Below, piece after piece: positions 8,170 through 20,579 of a stretch of 64,000 bases of DNA (positions are counted from its first letter, which is position 1; each line of letters starts with the position of its first letter). The notes beneath the pieces are model-generated. The model was not told where the DNA came from. It saw only the letters and a program-made list of their open reading frames with translations, and made no database searches. The position numbers and the translations under genes are program-made. Source of the stretch: an uncultured Chloroflexia bacterium (GTDB lineage Bacteria > Chloroflexota > Chloroflexia > QHBQ01 > JADMIH01); assembly GCA_963797095.1 (NCBI GenBank), contig CAWCNY010000002.1, forward strand, positions 384,001 to 448,000. Direction: 5' to 3'.

Positions 8170-11100
8170 TTATCGAGGTTGGTCTGCGAGGTAGATCATC
8201 TTGGATAGCTGTCCACGGGTAGCGTTGTTGGATGGGCGGAAGTAGGGACGGTTGCCTGTGCCGCACGGCTCACCGGGGCCACCACATGGGTAGCCATTGA
8301 TTATCTCCCTGGAGGCCATCCTCCCTATGAAGTCGTAGAAGGTTGAGCCTGGAGCCACATCCTCGAACGTCTGCCCGCTTATAGTGTCGGTAAAGCGAGA
8401 GCCGTTGGAGATGATCTTGGCTATCTGGCCCCTGGTCACGTTGGCGGAGGGGCGGAAATAGGGCCTGCTCGCGCTGTCGCACGGCTCACCCGGCCCACCA
8501 CATGGGTAGCCTGAGACTACACCTTCACGGTATGCCGCTTCCACATAGAGGAAGAAGGTGCTGCCCGATGGCACATCGGCAAAGGTGTAGGGGTCTGATG
8601 CTATGTTCCACTGCCACTTGATCAATTCCATCTCCTTTTGTGGATCGGCCTGGCCCGCTTGCCCGGAAGGAGGGTCGAGGTGCCACTCGTAAGTGAGGGC
8701 CATCATTTTGGAGATTTGGCCTCTTGAAGCGTTATTGGAGGGGCGGAAGGTGCCTTCGGAGTAGCCTGAGGCTATACCGTGGCAGGTGATCCAGTTGATA
8801 TAGGTGTAGAAAGTTGAGCCGGAAGGCACATCGGAGAATACAGTCTGAGAGTTGGGTTGGGCGAACACACCGTAGATACCCCATTGCGTGATATCGGCTG
8901 CTGCCCCGTGCCAATCCTCATTGATTAGGGTGGTGAGGGCGTCCCAACCTGTGCCGTTGTATCTGTAGATTTGTATGCTGCCGGGTTGCAGGCCGCAATA
9001 GCTCTCCGCTTGATAAGCCATGCTCAAGCGCACCGCGCCGACAATAGGGTTTTGTCCCTGCACACTCATTGGACCTCCTACCAATAGCAGGTTATTCGGT
9101 GGGTCAGCAGGAGGGCGCACCTCACCCGCCATTACGCCTGTGCCATCGGTCATGCTACCGGGTTTTACACTGAGATTGGTCGGGCTTTCAGGCCCCAGGA
9201 TATCCCAATCGGTTGGTATCTCCGGCACGAACGGCGGGTCGTTCTTGCTTTTCTCGGCCGGTCCGCTGGAGTGGAACTGGCTAGCATTGAACCTGTAGGG
9301 GAAGAGTTCGAGGCCGTTGGTGCCCGTGAGGCCAACCTCGAACTGGAAGTCGGTGATGACGTCGGGATTGAGTGCGTAGGTACCTGTGTAGTTGTGCTGC
9401 GCCGAATTGTAGGCCAGAGGAATCTGCTGCCTGTTTATGCCGCCCTGGCTGGCATAGAGGATGGGCTGAGCGGGTGGGTCTGCTGTGAAGTGAAGGGAAG
9501 TATTGACCTGGTCGAGGCTGTAGTTGGCGGTTGCGGTCAGCCAATTGGTAGGCCATTGGGTATCGGCCTGGCTGCTTTCTGTATCGAGGAAGATGCTAAG
9601 GGGTATCGTAATAGCTCCGCAACTTGTGATATCGGCGCTACCGCTCAACAGGTGGGAGGAGAATCCTGGTCCCAACACTGTCACTTTGTCGTGGCCCGAT
9701 ACCGCTCCATAGACGAGACGCTGTCCATTTATGTCGGTTGTACCCTCATCTATTACATAGCCATTATGTTGCAAGCTAAGAGTGGCAGTTTGAACCGGGC
9801 TTCCTGTGATACCCAGCACCGTCACCATAATAGGCGCGCAGGATGCTGCGCTTACAGGCACTATTGTTGGTTCTGCTCTTTGTGCTTCGTTGCTGATGTA
9901 AATTAGAGGCCCCGGGTCAAAGAAACCTCTGTTGTTGGGAGTGAGGATAGTCCATCTACCCGCAGGATCGGTCCATCTATGCTGAAGTGTTTGCCACACA
10001 GCCTCACCGAGCATGATTTGTTGGTGGGTAGCCTCATTATGGTTGTCAATTGTACAAAACTCGCTTGAGTTGCGCTGATTCCACATGATACTTGCGCGTA
10101 AATCATAATCGGGATCAGGTGTGAGGTTGCACATGGCAGCATCGCCATCTTGATGGTAGAAGTATTCATCATAGGCGCCTATGGCGTAGTGCCCGAATTC
10201 ATGTATCAAGGTGCTATATGCTGAAAGTTGGTCCCAGGGCGTTCCATAGTCGCCGGAGGCTTGAATATGAATGTGCGATAGACTATTTGTAGGGATGCCA
10301 ACATGGCTGGTATCTGCTCTGAGATAGTCGGCGAAGAACTGGTAATCAGCATCGTTCCAATGCTGATCGTCTTCATAGATGGTCACCTGCTCGAAAAACA
10401 TCTGGCCGTCCGTTACATCCAGCAGGTAATCGGATGCACCTTGCAAGTAGTACCCAGTCGGGAGGGGCTTGCCGCTGAAGCCCTGGGCAATGAGGGCCAA
10501 CTCGTCGGGGGTGGCGTTAAACTCGACGCTGGCAACGATATTGAAGCCGATCAAGGGGCTTGTGGTGGTGACAACCAGGGTTTGAGTCAACTGGTTGGTG
10601 TTGGTTATTATGAAAGCGCTCTGCGAGCCGATATTGTCCTGGGTAATGTTGGTGGCCCATACGTGATATGCCCAATCGTCGTGGGCGGCCTTCTGGGTGG
10701 TGCCTGTGTAGACCAGGGAGCGGGCAATGAGGTATTCGTTCAACTGCGGGCTAGGCAAGGATACTGTGCCGTTCATATTAGTAGTGCCTACGAAAGTAGA
10801 TGGATTGCCCGCGCCCTGAGAGTTGCGCCACACCTGTGCATTGGGCACGGGTGTGCCCTGCGCGTTCAGCACCAGCACCACAGGGTCTGCATGCCTCTGC
10901 CAATTTGGGCTGAGATCAAACTGAGAGCTATTGGGGACTACGGCGTCATTGCTTCCGTCAGCATTGACGATGTGTATTTGTGCGACAAATGGGTTGAAGC
11001 TTTCATGTTGATAGGCAATCTTCTCACCATCGGGTGACCATGTGGGGAAGAGATCGCCGCCACCGGTGACGGGTGTTATATTACCGCCGTTCTGATCCAT

Positions 11101-11889
11101 TGTGTAAACCCGGCCATCGCTACCGCTACCTCTGAGAAAAGCTATATGTGCTCCATCGGGAGACCAGTCGGGCAAGAGGTCGTATAGTCCGGAATCGGGG
11201 CCAGGGTCACTGATTTTGTGAGGGTTGCTTCCGTCTGCGTTCATGATGTAGATTTCGACATTGTCGTCGCCGTCTCTCATGGTATTGGAGAAGGCGATCC
11301 TGGTGCCATCGGGTGACCACGTGGGTGAGCGGCTATTTGTGTGGTCTGAGGTGCGAGCTATATCGTTGGTGCCGTCCGCATTTATTACGTGTATTTCGCT
11401 ATCCTGAAGATTGCCGTATGCGATAGTTTGGCCGTCAGGAGACCAGGCGGGAGGAAACTCTGAGCGGTCTTGGAGCTGGACGAAGTGCGTACCATCACTA
11501 TTTATCAAGCAAATACTATTGCCTCCGTTGAGATATGCGATTCTCGTGCCATCAGGCGAAATGGAGGGCCGGACCTGGACACCGTTACCAGTGGTTACGC
11601 GCCTAACATCGCTTCCATCGGGTAGCATCGTATAAATATCTATTACCGATATTGGTTGACCGTTTCTTCTACTCGCGAACGCAATGCGCCCTCCTGTCGC
11701 TGATGTAGATGATGTAGATGTAGATGTAGATGTAGATGTATTGGTAATAGTCTTTTCAGTGGCCATAGGTGGCTGGGCCTGAGCGCTGCCGGTAAGTGTA
11801 AGGGTCACAAGTGTCGCTATTGCTCCGATGACCGCCAGCCATATATTTGTATGCCTCGGCATCGTTCTTTTCTGAAAGCTCGGTTCCAT
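8170..11889 (-). CDS. Secreted protein: PD40/TolB-like propeller + zincin (CLCA-like) metalloprotease + SLH domains
   Basis: Signal peptide (AQA); repeated PxWSPDG motifs; HEFGHYAIGAYDEY zinc-binding motif; C-terminal SLH repeats. Confidence 0.85.
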   Translation of the reverse strand: MEPSFQKRTMPRHTNIWLAVIGAIATLVTLTLTGSAQAQPPMATEKTITNTSTSTSTSTSSTSATGGRIAFASRRNGQPISVIDIYTMLPDGSDVRRVTTGNGVQVRPSISPDGTRIAYLNGGNSICLINSDGTHFVQLQDRSEFPPAWSPDGQTIAYGNLQDSEIHVINADGTNDIARTSDHTNSRSPTWSPDGTRIAFSNTMRDGDDNVEIYIMNADGSNPHKISDPGPDSGLYDLLPDWSPDGAHIAFLRGSGSDGRVYTMDQNGGNITPVTGGGDLFPTWSPDGEKIAYQHESFNPFVAQIHIVNADGSNDAVVPNSSQFDLSPNWQRHADPVVLVLNAQGTPVPNAQVWRNSQGAGNPSTFVGTTNMNGTVSLPSPQLNEYLIARSLVYTGTTQKAAHDDWAYHVWATNITQDNIGSQSAFIITNTNQLTQTLVVTTTSPLIGFNIVASVEFNATPDELALIAQGFSGKPLPTGYYLQGASDYLLDVTDGQMFFEQVTIYEDDQHWNDADYQFFADYLRADTSHVGIPTNSLSHIHIQASGDYGTPWDQLSAYSTLIHEFGHYAIGAYDEYFYHQDGDAAMCNLTPDPDYDLRASIMWNQRNSSEFCTIDNHNEATHQQIMLGEAVWQTLQHRWTDPAGRWTILTPNNRGFFDPGPLIYISNEAQRAEPTIVPVSAASCAPIMVTVLGITGSPVQTATLSLQHNGYVIDEGTTDINGQRLVYGAVSGHDKVTVLGPGFSSHLLSGSADITSCGAITIPLSIFLDTESSQADTQWPTNWLTATANYSLDQVNTSLHFTADPPAQPILYASQGGINRQQIPLAYNSAQHNYTGTYALNPDVITDFQFEVGLTGTNGLELFPYRFNASQFHSSGPAEKSKNDPPFVPEIPTDWDILGPESPTNLSVKPGSMTDGTGVMAGEVRPPADPPNNLLLVGGPMSVQGQNPIVGAVRLSMAYQAESYCGLQPGSIQIYRYNGTGWDALTTLINEDWHGAAADITQWGIYGVFAQPNSQTVFSDVPSGSTFYTYINWITCHGIASGYSEGTFRPSNNASRGQISKMMALTYEWHLDPPSGQAGQADPQKEMELIKWQWNIASDPYTFADVPSGSTFFLYVEAAYREGVVSGYPCGGPGEPCDSASRPYFRPSANVTRGQIAKIISNGSRFTDTISGQTFEDVAPGSTFYDFIGRMASREIINGYPCGGPGEPCGTGNRPYFRPSNNATRGQLSKMIYLADQPR

Positions 11890-12052
11890 TGCTCAATCCC
11901 TCCTGAAGATTGCCGGGCTAGTGCAGCTTTGCTAAGCGGTCGACAACACCGCCCGGTAATTAAAGGGATTATATATTGGCGAGCGTTCCCAAAGCGTTCC
12001 GAATGGGGTGATAAGGGCATCAAATCAAATGAGATTGTAGTGGGGTGGATCA

Positions 12053-12089
12053 ATGAAGGAGGGCGAGCCACAAGCTCGCCCTCCTTCAT
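12053..12089 (-). terminator. Hairpin downstream of clpC
   Basis: ATGAAGGAGGGCGAGC-cacaa-GCTCGCCCTCCTTCAT, 16 nt after the clpC stop. Confidence 0.7.
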
Positions 12090-12105
12090 CAAATGCGTTA
12101 CTGTG

Positions 12106-14658
12106 TTACTTTTCGCTCTCGTTGCCCGGCCCGGCACTTGCGGCCAGAGCTTCGGGCTCACGGTCTTCTTCCTTCTTCTTGCGTCCCTTCTTCACGGGGG
12201 CGTTAGCTTCCTCGTATTCGTCCTGCGAGCTTAGCTTGAGCAAGCCATCGTCCACGGTTACGTATACAGAGGTATCGGGCTGGAAGCGCTGCTCCAGCAT
12301 ACCCTCGGCCAGCGGGTCTTCGATCAGGTTCTGGATGATGCGGCGCAGGGGGCGCGCTCCAAAGTTGTGGTCGTAGCCGCGATTGGCCAGCAACTCCATC
12401 GCATCGTCGGTTACTTCCAGTTTGATGTTCTGCTCGCCCAGCTGTGTCCGCACTCTCTTGAGCATAAGGTCGGCTATCTTCCTGATGTGGGTGGTGGTGA
12501 GAGAGTGGAAGACGATCACGGCATCGAGCCTGTTCAGGAACTCAGGGCGGAAGGTCTTCTTTAGCTCTTGCAGCACTTTGTCCTTCATGGCGTCGTATTC
12601 GCGCTGGGCGGTCTTGGACTCGTCGCTGCGAACTGTGAAGCCGAGCGACACGTCGCGGTTGATCACGTCAGCGCCCACGTTGGAGGTCATGATGATGATG
12701 GTGTTGCGGAAGTCCACCTTGCGGCCCTTGGCGTCCGAGAGGTTGCCGTCCTCCATGATCTGGAGGAGCATGTTGAAGGCTTCGGGGTGAGCCTTCTCGA
12801 TCTCATCGAGGAGGATCACCGAGTAGCTCTTGCGGCGCACGGCCTCAGTAAGCTGGCCGCCCTCTTCGTAGCCGACGTAGCCCGGAGGCGAGCCGACCAG
12901 GCGCGACACGTTGTGGCGCTCCATGAACTCGGACATATCGATCTTGATGAGGGCCTCTTCGGAGCCGAACATGAACTCGGCGAGGGCCTTCGCAAGCTCG
13001 GTTTTGCCGACGCCGGTGGGGCCGAGGAAGATGAAGGAGCCGATTGGGCGCTTGGGGTCTTTGAGGCCGGCCCTGGCGCGCCTGACTGCTTTCGACAGGT
13101 TGGTGACCGCCTCGTCCTGGCCGATAACGCGGCTGTGCAGGTCGGATTCCATTTGGAGGAGGCGTTCCGACTCTTCGCCCGCGATCCTGGTAAGGGGTAT
13201 GCCGGTCCACATAGAAACGACCTGGGCGATGTCCTCTTCGGTCACGTAAGGTACGTCGGCGCTCTTCTCAGCCTGGAAATCGCCCTCCATCTGGGAGATG
13301 CGGGAGCGCAGAGCAGATTCGCGCTCGCGGAGGTCGGCTGCTCTTTCGTAGTCTTCGGAGGCTACCAGGCTCTCTTTCTCTTTGGAGATAGCCTCTAGCT
13401 CCTGCATCGCTTCGCGCAGGCCGGTAGGTTGGGCCGAGCGATAGAGCCTGACGCGGCTTGACGCTTCGTCCACGAGGTCTATTGCCTTGTCGGGCATAAA
13501 GCGGTCGGTGACATAGCGCGCCGCGAGATTGGCGGCAGCCTTCAGAGCCTCGTCGGTGATCTTCAGGCGGTGGTGCTCCTCATAGAGGTGCTTGACGCCT
13601 TCGAGGATGGCGATTGTCTCTTCGACGTTCGGCTCGTCCACATGCACAGGCTGGAACCTGCGCTCAAGGGCGGCGTCACGCTCGATATATTTGCGGTACT
13701 CGTCGAGGGTGGTCGCGCCGATAGTCTGTAACTCGCCCCTGGAGAGGGCAGGCTTGAGAATATTGGCGGCATCGACCGCGCCCTCGGCAGCGCCAGCGCC
13801 CACCAGGGTGTGTAATTCGTCGATAAAGAGGATAGCTCCGGTGTCCTTGATCTCGGCAACGACCTTCTTCAGTCTCTCCTCGAACTCGCCCCTGTACTTG
13901 GTGCCGGCGACGAGAGCGCCCATATCGAGGGCCAGCACGCGCTTGCCCTGCAACGTTTCGGGCACGTCATTGGTGATTATGCGCTGGGCCAGACCCTCTA
14001 CGATGGCGGTCTTGCCAACACCAGGCTCGCCGATGAGGGCGGGGTTGTTCTTGGTGCGGCGGGAGAGAATCTGGATTACGCGCTCGACCTCTTTCTGGCG
14101 TCCGATCAATGGGCCGAGCTTGCCAGCGGCGGCCAGGGCGGTCAGGTCGGTGCCGAGGGCGTCCACATAGGGGGTCTTGCTTGAGGTCTTGCCGCTCTGC
14201 GAAGAGTAGCCGCTGGACGACTTGAGCACGTCTATAACCTGTGCGCGCACCTTCTCAAGGGATACGCCCAGGCTCTCCAGCACTCCCGCTGCTATGCCCT
14301 CACCTTCACGTACCAGCCCCAACAACAGGTGCTCGGTGCCGATGTAGTGGTGGTTCAGACGGCGTGCCTCGTCCACAGCAAGCTCGATTACTCGCTTGGC
14401 GCGGGGAGTAAGCCCTATCTCCCCCATCACCATGCGGTCGCCCCGGCCAATAATGAACTCCACCGCCGAGCGCACTTTGGTCAATTCTATACCGAGGTTG
14501 TTCAGCACGCGGGCGGCCACTCCATCCCCCTCGCGCACCAACCCGAGCAGTATATGTTCGGTGCCTATGTAGTTATGGTTGAAGCGTTGTGCTTCTTCCT
14601 GGGCGAGTTGCAGGGTCTTGCGTGCTCGTTCTGTAAATTTATCAAATCGGTCTGTCAT
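12106..14658 (-). CDS. clpC: ATP-dependent Clp protease ATP-binding subunit ClpC
   Basis: Two Clp-N repeats, NBD1 [11 protein letters not shown]-type short M domain, NBD2 [19 protein letters not shown], ClpP-docking LGF. Confidence 0.97.
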   Translation of the reverse strand: MTDRFDKFTERARKTLQLAQEEAQRFNHNYIGTEHILLGLVREGDGVAARVLNNLGIELTKVRSAVEFIIGRGDRMVMGEIGLTPRAKRVIELAVDEARRLNHHYIGTEHLLLGLVREGEGIAAGVLESLGVSLEKVRAQVIDVLKSSSGYSSQSGKTSSKTPYVDALGTDLTALAAAGKLGPLIGRQKEVERVIQILSRRTKNNPALIGEPGVGKTAIVEGLAQRIITNDVPETLQGKRVLALDMGALVAGTKYRGEFEERLKKVVAEIKDTGAILFIDELHTLVGAGAAEGAVDAANILKPALSRGELQTIGATTLDEYRKYIERDAALERRFQPVHVDEPNVEETIAILEGVKHLYEEHHRLKITDEALKAAANLAARYVTDRFMPDKAIDLVDEASSRVRLYRSAQPTGLREAMQELEAISKEKESLVASEDYERAADLRERESALRSRISQMEGDFQAEKSADVPYVTEEDIAQVVSMWTGIPLTRIAGEESERLLQMESDLHSRVIGQDEAVTNLSKAVRRARAGLKDPKRPIGSFIFLGPTGVGKTELAKALAEFMFGSEEALIKIDMSEFMERHNVSRLVGSPPGYVGYEEGGQLTEAVRRKSYSVILLDEIEKAHPEAFNMLLQIMEDGNLSDAKGRKVDFRNTIIIMTSNVGADVINRDVSLGFTVRSDESKTAQREYDAMKDKVLQELKKTFRPEFLNRLDAVIVFHSLTTTHIRKIADLMLKRVRTQLGEQNIKLEVTDDAMELLANRGYDHNFGARPLRRIIQNLIEDPLAEGMLEQRFQPDTSVYVTVDDGLLKLSSQDEYEEANAPVKKGRKKKEEDREPEALAASAGPGNESEK

Positions 14659-14908
14659 AGCTCTCTTCTCCAGCGCCTTGCACTCTATCGCGGAAAATCA
14701 GGTTAGATTTCGTAGGATATTGTCAGGTAGTAGTGCTGTATCGGACTTTGGCTTGGATGTACGGCTCTATCGGTGGTCCGTTTCCGTTTATGAAAAGCTC
14801 TCTTCCAGTAAGTATGTGGGGATCGAATACTGGCTGGTTAATGATACGCGATGGGGTTGCGTAGCGGTTGCTTTATCCACCGGGCATAAAAGCTGCGCCC
14901 GTGCCTTA

Positions 14909-14937
14909 AGCATACGCACGTAATGCGTATGTGTCAA
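14909..14937 (-). promoter_or_regulatory. sigma70-type clpC promoter with palindromic operator in the spacer
   Basis: TTGACA-17nt-TATGCT on the minus strand; overlapping inverted repeat CATACGCA-N5-TGCGTATG (14911-14931). Confidence 0.65.
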
Positions 14938-15051
14938 GTAAATTCGGTCCTACTTTAGGCCTATTTACCAACCGACGGATGGTGTGGATGTTATGGGATC
15001 TTTTTGTTGTCTTGATTGTTTCCATTTCGACAGTATATCAATTAAGGAACG

Positions 15052-15084
15052 AGCAAGGGGTGGAGACATATCTCACACCCCTTG
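15052..15084 (-). terminator. Hairpin downstream of rpsA
   Basis: GCAAGGGGTG-GAGA-cata-TCTC-A-CACCCCTTGC about 35 nt after the stop. Confidence 0.6.
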
Positions 15085-15120
15085 CATCCTTGCCCGGTGT
15101 TTCGGATTTGCGTGTTGCGA

Positions 15121-17673
15121 TTACCCTTCTTCGTCGTCGTTTTCGCGGTTGATGAAGGCTCCCAGCGCCTGCGCCAGCGCGCCTCTAGGTTCGTCGCCTT
15201 CGCCTTCGCCCTGGCCGCCGGAGTGCTGCCTGCCCTGGCCTCTCTGGCCCTGGCCTCGTGACTGGTCGCGTCCGCCGCGTTCGTTGCGCTCAGGGCGTTC
15301 CTGGCGCTCAGGACGTTCGGCACGCTGCTCGGTAGCCTGGGGAGCCTGGGGAGCCTGGGCCTCCGGCTGCGCTTCCGCACTCACCTCAGCCACGGCTTCC
15401 TGGGCTTCCGCAGAGCTAGCCTCGGCTGCCTGCACCTGGCTTTCAGGGGCTATGTCCATCTCGCCGGTAGCGCCCATTGTTGGTGCTGTACTTGGCGCGC
15501 CCTCCTCTGCATCCTCAGTGGGGGCAGCCGGTGGATTCTCGTCTTCGTGCACTCGCTTGAGGGAGAGGCCGATCCGCCTCTTGGCAGGGTCTATCCTGAT
15601 CACCTTTAGCTCAAGCACATCGCCCACGTTTACCACGTTCTTGGGGTGTGCGACCCGGCCCTCGGCCAACTCGGATACGTGTATCAGGCCCTCAATCCCG
15701 TCTTCAAGGCGGGCAAACGCCCCGAAGGTGGTCAACTGGGTGATCGTGCCTCGCACGATCTGGCCCAGCTTATAGTTCTCGGTGATGGTGGACCACGGCT
15801 CCGGTTGTGTGCGCTTCAGCGATAACGCTATCTTGCGCTCGTTGGGGTCGACCGACAGCACGTACACATTCACGATGTCGCCCACCTTGAGCACATCGCT
15901 GGGGTGCGCAACTCTCTTCCAGGAGATCTCGGAAAGGTGGATCAGACCGTCGGCTCCGCCGATGTCAACGAAGGCCCCGAAGTCGCAGATGGAAGAAACG
16001 CGCCCCTGGCGTACCTGCCCAGGCTCAAGCTCGCGCAGCAGGCGGGTGCGCACGCTCTCTCTTTGCTCCTGCATAGCCTGGCGCTCGGAGAGAATGAGGC
16101 GGTTGCGGCTCCTGTTGATCTCGATGATCTTCATCGGGATGGTCTGGTTCTGCAATCTCGCCATCTCAGACTGCTTGTTAGCTTCGCTGCCGCCGGTGAG
16201 CGAGGATATCTGAGAAGAGGGCACGAAGCCGCGCACTCCTTCCAGGTTCACAAGCAGGCCGCCTTTGTTGTAGCCCGTCACCCTGGCCTGGATTATCTCG
16301 CCTGCCTCGAACCTGCGCTGGAGGTCGCGCCACGAGCGCTCCTGGCGTGCGCGGTCTAGCGAAAGGACGGCATGCCCTTCGTTGTTCTCAGGCTGTACTA
16401 CCGAAACTAGAAGCGTATCGCCTATCTGCAAAGCTTCGCGTTCCTCACTGGTAAGGCTCTGCAATTCCGAGTTCGGTATTATCCCCTCGGTTTTAGCTCC
16501 GATATCGACCAGGATTTCGTCCCGGCCAGCCTTCATGACGGTGCCTTCAACCACATCGCCATGCTTAAGGGTGCGGTACTGCTGCTCGGAGGCACGCAGC
16601 AGGTCTTCCATCGAGGCATTGGGTGCCACATCTTGCAGGCGCGTGCTGCGCACTACCGGCTCTTCGTATCCGCCTGCGCTTTCGCCTTCTTCTGTAGTTT
16701 CTTGTGTGGTTTCTTGTGTGGTTTCTTGTGTGGTTGCCTCGCCCTCCGCAGCCTGCATGGTTGCGGTTTCGGCTGTGGGGCTAGTCTCGCCCGCATCGTC
16801 AGTCGTTGCGGTGGCCTCACCGGTGCTCATGGCCATGGTGGCGCTCGTGTCAGCACTCGTATCGGCGCCCATATCCGCGCTCAAGACGTCGGCCTGGGTG
16901 GCAGGAGCAGGGGCAGGTGCTTCGACCTGCACGGCAGGTTCGCTTATAGCCTCCGGCTCGCCTTCAGCCTGGCTTGTCTCGCTGGCCTGTGCAACCTGAG
17001 GTGCCGCCTCGTCCTGGGCGGGCATTTCGACAGCGCCGGGCATCTGTGCGTCCTGCTGGTCGCGCGCTTCCTCGGCGATGATGACTGCCGGGCTTTCCTC
17101 CGATTCCGCGTCGCTCGCGGATTCGGCATCACTTGTATCAGCCACTGTATCAGCCACTGTATCAGCCACTGTATCAGCCACTGTATCAGCCACTGTATCA
17201 GTTGCAACGCCGGTTTCTATGTCAGCATCGCCTGATGCGTCCATGCCCAGGTCGTCGGCAGCGATTGTATCGCTCACAGAGCCGGCATCGTCCGCAATGC
17301 CCGCGCCAGCGCCTGTATCACTCACGATGTCAGCATCGTCCATAGTGACTGCATCGCCCGCATCGCCCGCATCGCCCGCATCGCCCGCATCGCTTGCGAC
17401 ACCAGTATCGGTCATAGCACTTGCGTCGTCCACAGCGTCTGTTTCCATGCTGGCATCGCTTGCCGCGCCCATGCCCAGGTCGTCCGTAGAGGCGGTATCG
17501 CCTGCGTCAGCGGCCACCATATCGTCGCTGTCAGCGGTCGCCTGGAGCGCGGTCTCGTCACCGGCTACGGCATCGGCCATATCTGTTACATTGTTCACGG
17601 TGTCGCCTGCCGTGTCGTCCATGTCGTCGGCCTGCGCCACTCGTGGCTGCATATCCTGCTCGTCGTTGTTCAT
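15121..17673 (-). CDS. rpsA: 30S ribosomal protein S1 (four S1 domains) with long acidic N-terminal extension
   Basis: S1 repeats (GDVVEGTV..LVDIGAKTEG; NKGGLLVNLEGVRGFVPSSQ; DFGAFVDIGGADGLIHLSE; TFGAFARLEDGIEGLIHVSE). ATG at 17673 follows AAGGA; the ORF track extends to 17766. Confidence 0.9.
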   Translation of the reverse strand: MNNDEQDMQPRVAQADDMDDTAGDTVNNVTDMADAVAGDETALQATADSDDMVAADAGDTASTDDLGMGAASDASMETDAVDDASAMTDTGVASDAGDAGDAGDAGDAVTMDDADIVSDTGAGAGIADDAGSVSDTIAADDLGMDASGDADIETGVATDTVADTVADTVADTVADTVADTSDAESASDAESEESPAVIIAEEARDQQDAQMPGAVEMPAQDEAAPQVAQASETSQAEGEPEAISEPAVQVEAPAPAPATQADVLSADMGADTSADTSATMAMSTGEATATTDDAGETSPTAETATMQAAEGEATTQETTQETTQETTEEGESAGGYEEPVVRSTRLQDVAPNASMEDLLRASEQQYRTLKHGDVVEGTVMKAGRDEILVDIGAKTEGIIPNSELQSLTSEEREALQIGDTLLVSVVQPENNEGHAVLSLDRARQERSWRDLQRRFEAGEIIQARVTGYNKGGLLVNLEGVRGFVPSSQISSLTGGSEANKQSEMARLQNQTIPMKIIEINRSRNRLILSERQAMQEQRESVRTRLLRELEPGQVRQGRVSSICDFGAFVDIGGADGLIHLSEISWKRVAHPSDVLKVGDIVNVYVLSVDPNERKIALSLKRTQPEPWSTITENYKLGQIVRGTITQLTTFGAFARLEDGIEGLIHVSELAEGRVAHPKNVVNVGDVLELKVIRIDPAKRRIGLSLKRVHEDENPPAAPTEDAEEGAPSTAPTMGATGEMDIAPESQVQAAEASSAEAQEAVAEVSAEAQPEAQAPQAPQATEQRAERPERQERPERNERGGRDQSRGQGQRGQGRQHSGGQGEGEGDEPRGALAQALGAFINRENDDEEG
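17134..17393. repeat. Coding tandem repeats in the rpsA extension
   Basis: TGTATCAGCCAC x5+ (17134-17201, DTVA) and GCATCGCCC x4+ (17351-17393, DAG); also a 12-bp QETT repeat near 16700-16735. Confidence 0.9.
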
Positions 17674-17924
17674 CAGCACCGTCCTTAAGGGTTGATAAAG
17701 TGGGGCTATATGAGCTTGTTGGTGTTGCAGGGGCAAATCTCGAAAAATAGAGTGGGGAAACACCACATGGGCGATTGGACCGCAACCGCCTTTAGCGAAG
17801 AATAATATGTGGTGTAATGGGGAGATTTCTGCACAAAACTCAATCTAGCGATCCGGTTTGTATTATACGTAAAGCGCACCGTAATTGCAAGCAATTCTGA
17901 GGCTGTATTATACTCAAGCCATAA

Positions 17925-19825
<1,901 letters not shown>

Positions 19826-19831
19826 TTGTTC

Positions 19832-20530
19832 TTACTTCCTGGCGGCGATCAGCGCCCTGTTGCCGTGCAGGTGCAGGCACGCGACCTCGGCGAACCCGGC
19901 ATCTCTGAGCCAAGCGAAATGCTCCTCCAGGGTGGCGGGCTGGTCGCCGCGCGTGCTTACCGAGCGTTCGTGCTCTTCGAAGGAGCGCCCTTCGTGGGGG
20001 CGTCCACTCGATAGCCGCTCCAGTCTATCCCATACGCTTCTGTAGGTGCTGAACAGGCCGGGGGTGCTGACCCTTATTCGGTCCTGCAACAGGAAAAGCC
20101 CGCCGGGCATGAGCGCCTGGTAAATAAAGGCGAAAACCTCTTTCTTGTATGGGTGGGCCACATTGTGGACGACTTGCACGCTAAAAGCGACCGAGTACTC
20201 GTAAGTGGGTAGCCGGGCATCGCCGGGATGTGTAAGGTCCTGCCGCACTATCTCGTAACGGTTGGCATAAGGGGCCAGCCGTGCCCGCGCCAGATCAAGC
20301 ATAGCTTCGGAAAAATCGGTCCCAACGACGTACACTTCCGGTATGCGCTTGAATAGCATCTCCTCCACCTGTCCCGAGCCCATGCCGATATCGAGCACGA
20401 CCGTGCCGGGCAGGTATTCGTCCCGCAAGATGGTGAGCATGATGTCCAGTTGTTCAAGCCGGGTGGGGTTATGGCTTGTGTTATCGGCATCCCATTGGCG
20501 CGCAATATCAGGATCGGTCCAATCTTCCAT
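19832..20530 (-). CDS. Class I SAM-dependent methyltransferase
   Basis: VLDIGMGSG, GTDFSEAML, LMPGGLFL. Start MEDW after AAGGAG; the ORF track starts at 20680. Confidence 0.85.
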   Translation of the reverse strand: MEDWTDPDIARQWDADNTSHNPTRLEQLDIMLTILRDEYLPGTVVLDIGMGSGQVEEMLFKRIPEVYVVGTDFSEAMLDLARARLAPYANRYEIVRQDLTHPGDARLPTYEYSVAFSVQVVHNVAHPYKKEVFAFIYQALMPGGLFLLQDRIRVSTPGLFSTYRSVWDRLERLSSGRPHEGRSFEEHERSVSTRGDQPATLEEHFAWLRDAGFAEVACLHLHGNRALIAARK

Positions 20531-20579
20531 TATGCTCTCCTTGAGTAATGATAGCGGGTTATCGGCGTGTGCTCTCTGA

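Noticed and set aside
7480-8850. Repeated DNA blocks in SLH-coding regions (also 40560-41200) as mobile repeats
   Set aside because: Explained by repeated protein domains; synonymous variation is present.
14984-17695. Long plus-strand ORFs antisense to rpsA, and similar ones opposite clpC, cadA, recN and the ligase gene
   Set aside because: Shadow frames of GC-rich or repetitive genes; low-complexity translations with no motifs or RBS.
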